Shown here: piece by piece, positions 1-10,549 of the stretch
Layout of the letters: every line of letters starts with the position of its first letter
How positions within the stretch are numbered: the first letter of the stretch is position 1
Assembly (NCBI GenBank): GCA_002742885.1
Contig: PDOO01000031.1
Span: 10,119-74,118 of the forward strand
Direction of reading: 5' to 3'
DNA: 64,000 bases
DNA from: Candidatus Cloacimonadota bacterium
GTDB taxonomy: Bacteria > Cloacimonadota > Cloacimonadia > Cloacimonadales > GCA-2742885
Made by a program: the position numbers and the translations under genes
Notes under the pieces: generated by a model
The model's database searches: none
What the model was told of the DNA's origin: nothing
The model's input: the letters and a program-made list of their open reading frames with translations, nothing else

Positions 1-2
1 CT

Positions 3-971
3 ATGAAAATTTTGTTCACCGGAATTACGGGTTTCATCGGAAGACGCGTTGCGAGAAAATTCATTAAAAGAAAACATGAATTAACGGCTTTGATTCGTCC
101 CGGAACAGCTCCGGAGAGAATATCCGAATTTAGAAGCAGCTTTAATTTTGCGGAAATCGATCTTGCTGATACGGAAAAATTAAAATCTTGGCTTGCCGAA
201 AACAAATTTGATTTGATCTATCATATCGGAGCAGTCAGAGGCGGAAGAAAGTTTCCGAGAGAAATTTATTGCAAAGCCAACATAGATGCAACGGAACAAT
301 TGGCATTAAACGCTTTTGAAAATGAATCTAAACTGATATTTTGCTCATCGGTAGGAGTTTTCGGAGCAATACCGAGAGAACTTCCGGCAAACTCAAGAAC
401 TGCCCGTCAAAGAGATACTTATTATCATTACACAAAAATACAAGCAGAATCAATTATACAAAAATATGTCCTTAACGGCTTGAACGCGGTAATAATTCGC
501 CCTTCAATTACTTACGGACCGGGGGATTACGGATTTCCTTACACGCTGATAAAATTGATAGATAAGAAATTGTTTTTAATGCCTGACAGACCGGTAAAAA
601 TTCATTTGAGTCATGTCGAAACCATGGCGGAAGCATTTGCGCAAGCGGGAGAAAGATATCTTAATCCCGGTTCTGAATACATCGTTGCCGACGTTGCCCC
701 CGTAGAATTGAAGGAACTGGCTGATTTTATAAGCATGAAACTCCGAGAGGAGCCTTATCCCCAAAACAGGATAATACCTCATCATTTTTTCGATTTAGGA
801 AAAAATATTGCCCGAAAAATAAAAAGCGACGTGTGGAAATCCCGTTTTGAACTTATTTCCGAAAGCTGGTATTACGATACCTGCAATTCTCTTAAAGATT
901 TAAATATTCATCATCATAAAACAATACCGGACTTTAAAATCGTTATCGATTGGTATAAAAAGAATAAGTAG
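3..971 (+). CDS. NAD-dependent epimerase/dehydratase family protein (extended SDR)
   Basis: 322-aa ORF. N-terminal Rossmann motif TGITGFIG and catalytic YxxxK (YHYTK). First gene of a co-directional envelope cluster. Confidence 0.8.
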   Translation: MKILFTGITGFIGRRVARKFIKRKHELTALIRPGTAPERISEFRSSFNFAEIDLADTEKLKSWLAENKFDLIYHIGAVRGGRKFPREIYCKANIDATEQLALNAFENESKLIFCSSVGVFGAIPRELPANSRTARQRDTYYHYTKIQAESIIQKYVLNGLNAVIIRPSITYGPGDYGFPYTLIKLIDKKLFLMPDRPVKIHLSHVETMAEAFAQAGERYLNPGSEYIVADVAPVELKELADFISMKLREEPYPQNRIIPHHFFDLGKNIARKIKSDVWKSRFELISESWYYDTCNSLKDLNIHHHKTIPDFKIVIDWYKKNK

Positions 972-978
972 AGGAAAA

Positions 979-1809
979 ATGGCTATTCCGATTCTCAAAT
1001 TTTGGAAAAAATATTACGAAAACCCGGATGAAGGTTTGGGCTCGTCTTACGAAAGAATAATTTTGAACAATAAATTGATGCAGATATGCAAATTAATGAA
1101 AATTGAATCTGTTTTGGAAGCTCCCTCTTTCGGATTTACGGGGTTATCCGGCATAAACAGCATGGAAGCAGCCAAAAACGGTAAAAAAGTTACGATTGTT
1201 GATCATGACAAAGAAAGAATAGATTTGATAAAGAAAACTTGGGCAAGCGTAAACCTTCCTCTGGAGACAGCGTTTTCAGATAATTATTCGGAATTGCCTT
1301 TTGACGACGGGAGTTTTGATTTAAGCTGGAATTTTTCGGCGCTTTGGTTTGTCAGGGATTTGGAAGTTTTTTTATCGGAATTGGACAGAGTAACCCGAAA
1401 AGTAATTTTAATATGCGTCCCGAATAGAGCCGGAATAGGTTTTTTGAATCAAAAATACACCGGTAAAAATGATTTAAAAAAATATCTCAAAGAAGAATTT
1501 ATTATTCCGCGAAATTTTAAAAAAATTTTGGAAGATTCAGGATGGCAAAAAATGTCGTCCGGATACATAGACTGTCCGCCTTGGCCTGACATCGGCATGG
1601 CAAAAGAAGATTTCCTGAAAAAATTCGGTATCAAGATTCCTCAAAAAGATTCTGAACATGAACCTGTTACCGTTATGGATTACTACAGCGGAAAATCTCC
1701 CGATTTCCCGGAAAAAATGATGAAATTATCTTTTGTCGAAAATAATGCCCCGGAATTGTTTAAAATGTTTTGGGCTCACCATCGTTATTTCTTTTTTGTA
1801 AGAAAATAA
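979..1809 (+). CDS. class I SAM-dependent methyltransferase (putative)
   Basis: 276-aa ORF. Motif-I-like segment VLEAPSFGFTG followed by an acidic VDHD beta-2 end. Lies 7 nt after the epimerase gene. Confidence 0.55.
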   Translation: MAIPILKFWKKYYENPDEGLGSSYERIILNNKLMQICKLMKIESVLEAPSFGFTGLSGINSMEAAKNGKKVTIVDHDKERIDLIKKTWASVNLPLETAFSDNYSELPFDDGSFDLSWNFSALWFVRDLEVFLSELDRVTRKVILICVPNRAGIGFLNQKYTGKNDLKKYLKEEFIIPRNFKKILEDSGWQKMSSGYIDCPPWPDIGMAKEDFLKKFGIKIPQKDSEHEPVTVMDYYSGKSPDFPEKMMKLSFVENNAPELFKMFWAHHRYFFFVRK

Positions 1810-1833
1810 AATCGGATTTTCCCTTTTAACAAT

Positions 1834-2838
1834 ATGAAAAATAAAAATTTGCAAGCTGTCTTGGGGATTATCTTCGGGATCTTGCTTCTGTTGTTGCTCG
1901 GACGTTCTCTCGAGCTTGAAAAAGTTATAATGAACATAAAAAACGTAAATATTAAATACATTGTTTTAAGTTCGTTTTTTTATGTTGCATCTTATTTTTT
2001 CAGATCATTGCGTTGGCGAGAATTGCTCAAACCTGTTATTGCGATAGGAAGAATTGAATCTTTTCTCTTTTGGATGGGAGGAAATTTTATAAATTACGTT
2101 ATCCCGATAAGAGCCGGAGAATTGGCGAAAAGTATTTTTCTGAAAAAAAAGCGCGATATATCCGTTTCAGCGAGTTTACCGTCCGTTTTCATAGATAAAA
2201 TGTTCGATTTTGCGGGAATTATTCTTATTTTGGCGCTTTTGCCTTTTTTGTCGATAAAAATGAATACCGGTTTAATTTCTGTTATTTCTGTGTTGGTTTT
2301 TTTTGCGATTTGCGGAACTCTTATCTTAATCTTTTCTGCAAAACATCAAAAAGGCATCATCAGTTTTTTCTCTTTTTTCGTCAGAAAATTACCTGAAAAA
2401 TATCATGACAAAATCAACGGTTTCATCGAAATTTTTATCGGCGGAGTCGGATTATTTAAAAACCGCATGAATCTTTTGCCTAACGTGTTGTTTTTGACTT
2501 TTATATCCGTATTCCTTGACGGGATGTTTTTTTATATGCTGTTCGAAGCGTTTTCCGTTGAAATAGAATTTTTAAAACTTTTATTCGGTTACACATTAAT
2601 TTATCTGTCTTATGCTATTCCGCAGCCTCCGGCTCAATTGGGAAGCAATGAATGGATAATGCTGATAATTTTCTCTTTGGGATTGGGAATGGAAAAAAAT
2701 TCCGTCAGCTCAATCATGATTTTTTCACATACTTTAACCGGAATTTTATTGTCTGTTATCGGCATTGCCGGAATAAGTTTTTCCGGTTTTAAATTTACTA
2801 ATTTGGATTTTAGAGGTTACAATGACAGAAAATCATAA
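1834..2838 (+). CDS. flippase-like / lysyl-phosphatidylglycerol-synthase-TM-region (UPF0104) family membrane protein
   Basis: 334-aa polytopic membrane ORF with the typical N-terminal pattern (RSLRWRELLKP...GNFINYVIPIRAGELAK). Confidence 0.55.
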   Translation: MKNKNLQAVLGIIFGILLLLLLGRSLELEKVIMNIKNVNIKYIVLSSFFYVASYFFRSLRWRELLKPVIAIGRIESFLFWMGGNFINYVIPIRAGELAKSIFLKKKRDISVSASLPSVFIDKMFDFAGIILILALLPFLSIKMNTGLISVISVLVFFAICGTLILIFSAKHQKGIISFFSFFVRKLPEKYHDKINGFIEIFIGGVGLFKNRMNLLPNVLFLTFISVFLDGMFFYMLFEAFSVEIEFLKLLFGYTLIYLSYAIPQPPAQLGSNEWIMLIIFSLGLGMEKNSVSSIMIFSHTLTGILLSVIGIAGISFSGFKFTNLDFRGYNDRKS

Positions 2839-3820
2839 AGAAACATATCATATTTTAGATAAAGCCGCCGATTTGCGTAAGAGGATAAAAAAAGAATTGG
2901 CGAAAGTTATAATCGGACAAGACGAAATTATCGATCAATTTCTTATTGCTTTGTTTTCGGGGGGGCATTGTCTCTTGGAAGGGGTTCCCGGATTGGCAAA
3001 AACTTTGCTGATTTCTTCTTTGGCAAAAGTAATGAGTCTTGATTTCAGCCGTATTCAGTTTACGCCCGACTTAATGCCGTCCGATATAACGGGAACAGAT
3101 ATTTTGGCTGAAAATAAAACAGACGGAAAACGTTATTTCGAATTTATAAAAGGTCCCGTTTTTGCCAATGTCATTCTTGCCGACGAAATAAACAGAACAC
3201 CGCCGAAAACGCAATCGGCTTTATTGCAGGCAATGCAGGAATATCAGGTTACGGCGGGAAATAAAACTTTTGATTTGGATAAACCTTTTTTCGTTTTGGC
3301 TACTCAAAATCCGATTGAACAAGAAGGAACTTATCCTTTGCCTGAAGCTCAATTAGACAGATTCATGTTTCATTTAATAATTGATTATCCTTCTTACGAA
3401 GAAGAGTTTGAAATAGTAAAACGCACAACCGGAAAAAGTCAACAGGAATTACGGGCTATTGTTTCCAAAGACGAAATAATAAAAATTCAGAGAGCTGTTC
3501 GGGAAATTCCGGTGAGCGACCATGTTTTGGAATATGCGGTAAAAATTGTTCGTTCAACCCGTCCCGATACGGAAAGTATCCCTGAAGAAATGCGAAATCT
3601 TATTGCTTGGGGAGCCGGTCCGAGAGCATCTCAGTATTTAATTTTGGCAGCCAAAACCGGAGCTGTTCTTAACGGACGCATGTCTCCGTCGGAAGAAGAT
3701 ATAAGAAACGTGGCTCCTATTGTGCTTCAACACAGAATAATTCTTTCTTTTACCGCAGAAGCTGAAGGAATAAAAGTAAAAGACGTTATCAGGAAAATTA
3801 TTGATATTCATTCAAAATAA
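2822..3820 (+). CDS. MoxR-family AAA+ ATPase
   Basis: 332 aa. Walker A GVPGLAKT and Walker B ILADEINR, with the MoxR-typical LLQAMQE...FFVLATQNPIEQEGTYPLPEAQLDRF. Overlaps the upstream gene by 17 nt. Confidence 0.85.
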   Translation: MTENHKETYHILDKAADLRKRIKKELAKVIIGQDEIIDQFLIALFSGGHCLLEGVPGLAKTLLISSLAKVMSLDFSRIQFTPDLMPSDITGTDILAENKTDGKRYFEFIKGPVFANVILADEINRTPPKTQSALLQAMQEYQVTAGNKTFDLDKPFFVLATQNPIEQEGTYPLPEAQLDRFMFHLIIDYPSYEEEFEIVKRTTGKSQQELRAIVSKDEIIKIQRAVREIPVSDHVLEYAVKIVRSTRPDTESIPEEMRNLIAWGAGPRASQYLILAAKTGAVLNGRMSPSEEDIRNVAPIVLQHRIILSFTAEAEGIKVKDVIRKIIDIHSK

Positions 3821-3859
3821 ACAAAAAAATACCGAAAAATTATTTGTTGCGGAGAAAAA

Positions 3860-4594
3860 ATGAAAAAAGTTGTTGCAATTATCCCGGCTCGTTATGCTTC
3901 TTCGAGATTTCCGGGCAAACTTATAAAAAAATTGAGCGGAGAACCCGTAATAAAACATGTTTACGAAAATATAAAAAAAACCGGTTTATTTTCCGAGATA
4001 ATCATTGCAACGGACGATAAAAGAATTGCCGAAGTTGCAGATAAATTCGGAGGAAAATGCGTAATGACTTCAGCTCATCATAAATCAGGAACAGACAGAG
4101 TTGCGGAAGTTGCCGAAAAAACAGATGCGGATATTATCTTAAACGTGCAGGGAGACGAACCTTTTATTACGGGAAAACCTCTTGAAAAATTAATTTCCGA
4201 ATTTGATGATCCGCAAGTTGAAATCGCATCATTAATGCATAAAATAACGGAAGAAAACGAAATAAAAAACAGCAACAACGTTAAACTCGTTGTCGATAAA
4301 AATTCCGATGCTCTGTATTTTTCAAGAAGCATGATTCCTTTTAACAGAGACAACAAAAAAGAAGTAACTTATCTGAAACATACCGGTGTTTACGCTTATC
4401 GAAAAGAAACATTGCTCAGATTGGTTAAATTGCCTGTAAGCGATCTTGAAGATACGGAAAAGTTGGAGCAATTGAGATTTTTGGAAAACGGATTTAAAAT
4501 AAGAATGGTTCTGACCGAATATTCGGGAATAGGCATAGATACGCCCGAAGATCTCGAAAAAGCGGAAATTACGGCGCGGAGTCTTAATGCTTAA
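3860..4594 (+). CDS. kdsB: 3-deoxy-manno-octulosonate cytidylyltransferase (CMP-Kdo synthetase)
   Basis: 244 aa. N-terminus IIPARYASSRFPGKLI, plus NVQGDEPF and the GIDTPEDL C-terminal motif. Confidence 0.9.
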   Translation: MKKVVAIIPARYASSRFPGKLIKKLSGEPVIKHVYENIKKTGLFSEIIIATDDKRIAEVADKFGGKCVMTSAHHKSGTDRVAEVAEKTDADIILNVQGDEPFITGKPLEKLISEFDDPQVEIASLMHKITEENEIKNSNNVKLVVDKNSDALYFSRSMIPFNRDNKKEVTYLKHTGVYAYRKETLLRLVKLPVSDLEDTEKLEQLRFLENGFKIRMVLTEYSGIGIDTPEDLEKAEITARSLNA

Positions 4595-6896
4595 TTCTTT
4601 TAAAGCCGTTTTACTGAAAAAATCGGATAAATCGACTTATTGGAATATTATCGGAGCATTAATTGTTGCAGTTACGATTATCGGATTTTATCTTCCCGAC
4701 TTAAATACTGCCGAACCCTTTTCTCGGAATACGGAATTATGGGATGCCGACAATTTTGCCGGTATTCCTGCTTATGACAAAATATCAAGTTTCCCTCTTA
4801 TTTTTCTCAGCGACTTAAAGCATATTTTTCCGAACGAAAATACGGCAAATTTGTTTTTTCTTATGTCGGGAGCAATAGGTTTTTTCTTTTATATTCTGAG
4901 ATCTTTGAAAAATAAAACGGCTGCTTTTACGGTTGCTTTGGCTTTCGGCATCAGCGGATTCAGCGAACTTCTCTTTAAGACCGGCTGGGGTTCGTCTTTG
5001 ACCGGACTCTCGTTTATACCGTGGGCATTATTTTTTATTCGGGATATTAAAAAAAATTTATCCTTGATTTCCTATGCCGGTTTGATTTTGGTCTTATCTG
5101 CCGTTTTTAGCGAAGCGGATCTTATTTCCGCTTTTGCGGTTACTGTTTTTATTTTTGCCGAGATTATTGTTTCTTTTATGAATGATTTAAAAGCAAAACA
5201 ATTACTTAATCGGCTCAGATATTCTTTCACGTTGATTTTTGTTTTCCTGATCAGTTTGCTCGCCTCTTCTTATCCGTTATTGCCTCACCTTGAAATAAGT
5301 TCTTTTACCCTGATGATTTCAAAAATAGGTTTGGCTGACATGAGTGAGTTTTTTTCAGGCAGTTTACATTGGATGAGCTTTATTTTTCCCCATTTTACGG
5401 GCGGAAAAAGTTTAGTTTATCAGGAAATTTACAGCTTCGGAAATTTAAGCGTTTATTTCGGAATAGTGTTGTTTATCATAGCGGTTCCCGGAATATCGGG
5501 CAGTAAAAAACATTTAAAAAAACTTATTTATGCCGTTGTTGTCTTAAATTTGACGGCTTATGTTTTTCTGTCTTTCTTTACAGAGATTTTAAGCGAACAA
5601 ATTTTGCAGACTCTTAAAAGCGGCGTCTCTGCCGTTTTTCAAATTATACTTTCTTTTACGGCAGCTTTGGGAATTATTGAATTGAGAAAACTTGCCTCGG
5701 AGAAACCCGAAAAAATCAAATTATTTATGTTTATGACTTTGGCTTTTACGGGAGTAATTATTCTTTCGGCAGGCATATTATATTTCAAAAAAGATATATT
5801 TTCTTTTGATAAATTTCCCGAGAAAACATATTATTCAGCTCAACAATTGCAATATTTCGAAACAATAAAAATCAAGTCTTTTATCAAGGATACAATAAAA
5901 ATATCGGTAATTCTCGGGGTTCTTGCTTTTTCTTTTTATTTATTATCTCGGAAAAAAATAAAATCGGGATATTTTGAATTTATTTTTCTGCTTTGCCTTA
6001 TTTTTGATTTCTCTCCTCTATTTGATTTTAAATCAGAATCAAAGTTGCCGAACGAAAAAATATCTGATACCTTTTTATCGCTTAAATACAATGCTCAGGA
6101 GGATTTTGCCGAAAGAAAAGATTGGTTCCGGATATATCCGATGGGGCAGGAATTTAATAAACCGTGTTGGTCAAAAGGCATTAAATCATTGGGCAGCGAT
6201 CAAAAAAGAATTTTAACGGATTACAATGAAATTACCGAAAAATCTCTTCATAAAAAAATCGACGGCAAACATGTTCTTAATTGGAATTTAATTAATATGC
6301 TCGGGGTAAAATATCTTATTTTTAACCGTAAAATAGAAGCAAAAGGGTTGGTTTTTGAAAATTTCGACGAAGAGAAAAATCTCACCGTTTATAAGAATAA
6401 AAACTTTTTGCCTCATGCCGTATTCGTCGAAAAAATAATCTGGGAAGAAGATAAAAATAAACATATTAAATATATTAACAGCTTTGATTTTAACCCTGAA
6501 AAAACGGCAATTACCGTTCAAGAGAATGATTCTGTCTTCTATAAAAAAGACTTCTCTGTTGTTGAAACATTTACGGGAAAAAATCATTTTAAATGGGATC
6601 TTGAAAATTCTCTGAAAGGATATTTGGTGATCTCTGAACCGTATTACGAAAAAGGCTGGAAAGCTTATCTCAACGGAAAAGAAGTAATTCCGGAAAGAGT
6701 TAATTATATGTTTAACGGATTACCGATTCCGCCGGGAAAACATTCTTTGGAATTGAAATTTGAACCGAAAATTTATGAATTAAGTCGTAAACTGAGTTTA
6801 ATAGGTTATCTGATTTCAATATTGTCTGTTTTGTTGTTCTCAATCTTACATTATCGGATAAACTACCAAGGGAAAAGAATATACATTATAAAATGA
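4587..6896 (+). CDS. YfhO-like polytopic membrane protein (putative glycosyl-transfer/glycan assembly)
   Basis: 769-aa ORF with many TM segments, a C-terminal extracytoplasmic domain and a terminal TM segment. Overlaps the kdsB stop by 8 nt. Family assignment rests on architecture only. Confidence 0.5.
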   Translation: MLNSFKAVLLKKSDKSTYWNIIGALIVAVTIIGFYLPDLNTAEPFSRNTELWDADNFAGIPAYDKISSFPLIFLSDLKHIFPNENTANLFFLMSGAIGFFFYILRSLKNKTAAFTVALAFGISGFSELLFKTGWGSSLTGLSFIPWALFFIRDIKKNLSLISYAGLILVLSAVFSEADLISAFAVTVFIFAEIIVSFMNDLKAKQLLNRLRYSFTLIFVFLISLLASSYPLLPHLEISSFTLMISKIGLADMSEFFSGSLHWMSFIFPHFTGGKSLVYQEIYSFGNLSVYFGIVLFIIAVPGISGSKKHLKKLIYAVVVLNLTAYVFLSFFTEILSEQILQTLKSGVSAVFQIILSFTAALGIIELRKLASEKPEKIKLFMFMTLAFTGVIILSAGILYFKKDIFSFDKFPEKTYYSAQQLQYFETIKIKSFIKDTIKISVILGVLAFSFYLLSRKKIKSGYFEFIFLLCLIFDFSPLFDFKSESKLPNEKISDTFLSLKYNAQEDFAERKDWFRIYPMGQEFNKPCWSKGIKSLGSDQKRILTDYNEITEKSLHKKIDGKHVLNWNLINMLGVKYLIFNRKIEAKGLVFENFDEEKNLTVYKNKNFLPHAVFVEKIIWEEDKNKHIKYINSFDFNPEKTAITVQENDSVFYKKDFSVVETFTGKNHFKWDLENSLKGYLVISEPYYEKGWKAYLNGKEVIPERVNYMFNGLPIPPGKHSLELKFEPKIYELSRKLSLIGYLISILSVLLFSILHYRINYQGKRIYIIK

Positions 6897-6906
6897 GGAA
6901 TTGATT

Positions 6907-7599
6907 ATGAGTAAAAGAGAAACAAAAATAACCGTAAATTACATGCTTCATCCTGCAGGCTCAGTTCTGATTGAAACGGGTTTAACGAAAGTAATATGTT
7001 CCGTAACCGCAGAAAACGGAGTTCCGTCGTTTGTGAAAGAATTTGACCGGGAACAAGGATGGCTGACCGCCGAATACGGAATGCTTCCCGGCAGTACAAA
7101 CGTCAGAGCCCGTCGTCCCATAGGAAAATTAAACGGCAGAGCTTCGGAAATTCAACGTTTAATAGGAAGATCATTGCGCGCCGTTGTAGATTTGACAAAA
7201 ATACCGGGCTTGACGATTTATGCGGATTGCGATGTTTTGCAGGCGGACGGAGGCACCAGAACCGCTGCCGTTACGGGAGCCTGTGTTGCCTTGAGAGAGG
7301 CTTTCGATAAATTGCTTTCGGAAGGAAAAATAAAAGAAGATCCGATGAAAGAACTTGTTGCCGCAATAAGCGTCGGTATCATTGACGGTAAAGTTGTTTT
7401 GGATTTGGATTATGAAAAGGATTCTGCCGCCGAAACGGATTTGAATGTCGTAATGACCGAGTCGGGACGTTTTGTCGAAATTCAGGGAACTGCCGAAAAA
7501 GAGCCTTTCACGCAAGAAGAGTTGTTCGCAATGCTGGAAAAAGCAAAAACAGGTATTGAGCAATTGATTCAAGAACAGATAAAATCGCTTAAAAAGTAA
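6907..7599 (+). CDS. rph: ribonuclease PH
   Basis: The translation matches RNase PH throughout ([29 protein letters not shown]). I prefer the ATG at 6907, with AGGAA 8 nt upstream, over the track's TTG at 6901. Confidence 0.9.
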   Translation: MSKRETKITVNYMLHPAGSVLIETGLTKVICSVTAENGVPSFVKEFDREQGWLTAEYGMLPGSTNVRARRPIGKLNGRASEIQRLIGRSLRAVVDLTKIPGLTIYADCDVLQADGGTRTAAVTGACVALREAFDKLLSEGKIKEDPMKELVAAISVGIIDGKVVLDLDYEKDSAAETDLNVVMTESGRFVEIQGTAEKEPFTQEELFAMLEKAKTGIEQLIQEQIKSLKK

Positions 7600-7696
7600 A
7601 ATACCGGGACGTAATATTAAATTAAGGCATTTTCAGGATGACAATAACTGAAAATATACATAAAAATATTCGATTAAAAAATTTAACGTAAAAATA

Positions 7697-7729
7697 AGAT
7701 TAACTGTTTGTAAATAAAGCAGTTAATCT
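7697..7729. repeat. perfect 10-bp inverted repeat (AGATTAACTG-N13-CAGTTAATCT) in the rph-cspA spacer
   Basis: Read directly from the sequence. No U-tract follows on either strand, so it does not look like a classical terminator. It could be an operator or an RNA structure. Confidence 0.4.
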
Positions 7730-7977
7730 GTAATAAGTCTTAACGGGAAAATATTTTTATATGTGAAAATAAAATTATTTTCAAGATTAGCAAAATATAG
7801 GTTGCATAAAAAACGCACTATTTAAAAATTTAGCAACTTTGATTTTTGAAAATAAGATTTACGAATAAAAGATTCAAATTCACTGACTAAATTTTTTCAT
7901 TTTTAGAATAAGTTTTTCAGTCCACGATCAAACGTAATCCTTTTTCAATAATTAAAGAAAACACTGGAGGTACGGTA

Positions 7978-8181
7978 ATGGAAACAGGAACTGTAAAATG
8001 GTTCGATAAGGAAAAAGGTTACGGCTTTATTTCTGTTGACAACGGGCAAGATATCTTTGTGCATTATTCACAAATTGAACGCCCGGGATTCAAAACTTTG
8101 GAAGAAGGCGAACGTGTTTCATTTGAAATCGTGGACAACGCTAAGGGCCCTCAAGCTTCAAACGTTGTTCCGGCTGAGTAA
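7978..8181 (+). CDS. cspA: cold-shock protein (CspA family)
   Basis: 67 aa. RNP1 KGYGFI and RNP2 VFVHY motifs. GGAGG lies 7 nt upstream of the ATG. Confidence 0.95.
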   Translation: METGTVKWFDKEKGYGFISVDNGQDIFVHYSQIERPGFKTLEEGERVSFEIVDNAKGPQASNVVPAE

Positions 8182-8202
8182 GTCGGAATATTATTTTAAA
8201 GC

Positions 8203-8231
8203 AGAGACGGAATTATCCGTCTCTTTTTTTT
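8203..8231 (+). terminator. rho-independent terminator of cspA
   Basis: 9-bp stem AGAGACGGA/TCCGTCTCT with a 4-nt loop, followed by a T-run. Confidence 0.85.
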
Positions 8232-8509
8232 GCCTCCGATAAAATATCGACTTATTATGAATTAATGCAGAGCCTTTGTCCTGCGCTTTTAGCTAAAATT
8301 TAATTAATTATCCGGCAAATAACGCCAAAATAAATCTCATTTTACTTAACAATCTTAAATTAGGAAGCGGATCAATAAGGTGATGGAACAAATGTGAATA
8401 ACAAGATATGTTTTTGAACTTAATAAATCCGAAATTATAAGAAATATAATATCAGTAACTGCTTTTTTCATTGTTTAATATGCTGTTTATTTATTTGCTT
8501 GCGAAAAAA

Positions 8510-9187
8510 TAAAAAAAAGCCGAGACCAAAAATCTCGGCTTGTATAAATTAAGCTTTTTCGGCTTATTTCAATTTGATTGATTTTTTGAAAGACCTGTGA
8601 GAACCGGCGTTGAATTTTACAAAATAAATTCCGCTTCCGCATTCTTTTCCGTCTTCGTCATTACCGTTCCAGCTGATTGTATGGAGACCTTCGCTTTTCT
8701 TTCCGAGATTTCTTGCGTGAACTTTTTGTCCTTTTACGTTATAAATTTCGATGTTTGCATTTGATTCTGTGCTTTTTTCATCAATGTAAAAAGAAATGTT
8801 CACCGGCGGATTGAAAGGATTAGGATAAACATCTTTAATCCCTGCGGTCAATTCTGCTTCCGGAACTTCTTCCTGAGGTTGGGTTTCTTCTGCCAATAAA
8901 ATAGATTGAGATTGAGTGAAAGAGGAGTTATCGTTTAAAGAAACAGCTTCTACCCAATACCAATAACGTTTGTTCGGTTCAACTGCGTTGTCTTCGCAAA
9001 CATATTCATGAGCAAATGAAGTATTGGAAGCAGGAATTAAATCAGAAATTTTATTTGCTGATTCAAAATCTTCTGTTTCGCTTTTCAATACATAGAATCC
9101 TCTCAGGTCGTTTTCTGTTTGAGTAACCCATTTTACGCTTACGTCGTCTCCAGATTGAGTAAGACTGAATGTTGAAAATTCTGTCGG
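8510..9187 (-). repeat. copy A of a ~0.68-kb shared 3' cassette (Fn3-like domain + T9SS CTD + stop + terminator)
   Basis: About 90% identical by eye to 10950..11623 (offset 2436 bp). The identity continues past the stop codon through the terminator hairpin. Confidence 0.85.
8511..8539 (-). terminator. rho-independent terminator downstream of the SBBP cargo gene
   Basis: GCCGAGA/TCTCGGC stem. The A8 run on the + strand gives a U-tract on the - strand. Confidence 0.75.
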
Positions 9188-10549
9188 CAAGCTTTGATCA
9201 TCTTCTCTTAATTTAGCAATAAATATATCGGTATTGCCTATGTCTGCAGATTTGTTTTTTCCTGAGTTTTTCGGCTCTGCAATATGACCTGTAATATATG
9301 AATTCCCCCCGTTATCGACAGCTATGCCTCGTCCTTCGTCATTCTCTGATTTACCTGTTTTTTTTGCCCATAACCAATTGCCGTCTTTATCTGTTTTGGC
9401 TGCAAATATATCATATTCGTTTGAGTAATTAAGAACTGTCGTTCCGAAAGTTGCTGTTCCTTTAAAATAACCCGTAATATATGAATTGCCTTGATCATCG
9501 ACAGCTATGGAGTTTCCGTAATCATAATTTTCTCCTCCGGCTCTCTTTGCCCAAATAAAATTACCTTTATTGTCTGATTTTGTTATGAATATATCAGTAT
9601 AAAAGTTTGGCGAATTAAGGGTTATATCTCCGAAAGTTGCGCTTCCCCTAAAAATACCTGTAACATAGGAGTTTCCTTGCTTATCGACAGCTATGGAGTT
9701 TCCGTAATCAGAATCTTCTCCTCCGGCTCTCTTTGCCCAAATAAAATTACCTTCATTGTCTGATTTTGTTATGAATATATCAGTATAAAAGTTTGGTGAA
9801 TTAAGGGTTATATCTCCGAAAGTTGCGCTTCCCCTAAAAATACCTGTAACATATAAGTTGCCTTGATTATCGACAGCTATGGCGTTTCCCTGATCAGAAT
9901 TGGTTCCGCCTGCTCCCTTTACCCGGATAAAGTTACCTTCATTGTTTGATTTTATTATGAACATATCATAATTTCCTTTGGAGGTCAGATTTGTTGAGCC
10001 GAAGGTTGCTGTTCCTTTAAAATAACCTGTAATATATAAGTTTCCTTGATCATCGACAGCTATGCCTTTTCCGTAATCATAACTTGTTCCGCCTGCTCTT
10101 TTTGCCCATAACCAGTTTCCGTTATTATCTGTTTTTGCAATGAAAATATCACTGACTCCTGCTGAATAAAGTGTTATATTTCCGAAATTTGCGTTTCCGT
10201 AAAAGGAACCTGTAATATATAAGTTTCCTTGATCATCGACAGCTATGCTTTTCCCGTAATCATATCTTGAGCTTCCCGCTCTCTTTGCCCATAGCCAATT
10301 TCCGTTATTATCTGCTTTTGCGATGAAAATATCATCATTCCCTTCTGAATAAAGTGTTATATCGCCAAAAGTTGCGTTTCCGGAAAAAGAACCTGTGATA
10401 TATAAGTTTCCTTGATCATCGACAGCTATGGAGTTTCCGTAATCAGAATTTCCCCCGCCGGTTTTTTTTATAAAATCCCATTCGGGAGTTTGCGCAAAAG
10501 ACGGAGATGCAATTAAAATAAGCAGTATAATAAGAATGTGATTTTTCAT
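8564..10549 (-). CDS. secreted SBBP-repeat beta-propeller protein with T9SS C-terminal sorting domain
   Basis: 661 aa with a signal peptide (ASPSFAQ). Seven ~50-62-aa repeats carry the core SIAVDxQGNxYxTG...DIFIAK.DNNGN..WAKRAGG. The C-terminus (YPNPFNPPVNISFYI...IEIYNVKGQKV...SGIYFVKF) is typical of Por_Secre_tail-type sorting domains. Confidence 0.8.
   Translation of the reverse strand: MKNHILIILLILIASPSFAQTPEWDFIKKTGGGNSDYGNSIAVDDQGNLYITGSFSGNATFGDITLYSEGNDDIFIAKADNNGNWLWAKRAGSSRYDYGKSIAVDDQGNLYITGSFYGNANFGNITLYSAGVSDIFIAKTDNNGNWLWAKRAGGTSYDYGKGIAVDDQGNLYITGYFKGTATFGSTNLTSKGNYDMFIIKSNNEGNFIRVKGAGGTNSDQGNAIAVDNQGNLYVTGIFRGSATFGDITLNSPNFYTDIFITKSDNEGNFIWAKRAGGEDSDYGNSIAVDKQGNSYVTGIFRGSATFGDITLNSPNFYTDIFITKSDNKGNFIWAKRAGGENYDYGNSIAVDDQGNSYITGYFKGTATFGTTVLNYSNEYDIFAAKTDKDGNWLWAKKTGKSENDEGRGIAVDNGGNSYITGHIAEPKNSGKNKSADIGNTDIFIAKLREDDQSLPTEFSTFSLTQSGDDVSVKWVTQTENDLRGFYVLKSETEDFESANKISDLIPASNTSFAHEYVCEDNAVEPNKRYWYWVEAVSLNDNSSFTQSQSILLAEETQPQEEVPEAELTAGIKDVYPNPFNPPVNISFYIDEKSTESNANIEIYNVKGQKVHARNLGKKSEGLHTISWNGNDEDGKECGSGIYFVKFNAGSHRSFKKSIKLK
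9541..9854 (-). repeat. near-perfect 186-bp (62-codon) tandem duplication inside the SBBP gene
   Basis: 9541..9668 and 9727..9854 differ at only a few positions. Both encode VTGIFRGSATFGDITLNSPNFYTDIFITKSDN(E/K)GNFIWAKRAGGE. Confidence 0.85.

Noticed and set aside
5974-6216. 80-aa alternative-frame + ORF inside the YfhO-like gene, and similar short same-strand ORFs inside rph, cspA and the corC-like gene
   Set aside because: They are embedded out of frame within longer, motif-supported genes, and nothing in the sequence supports them independently.
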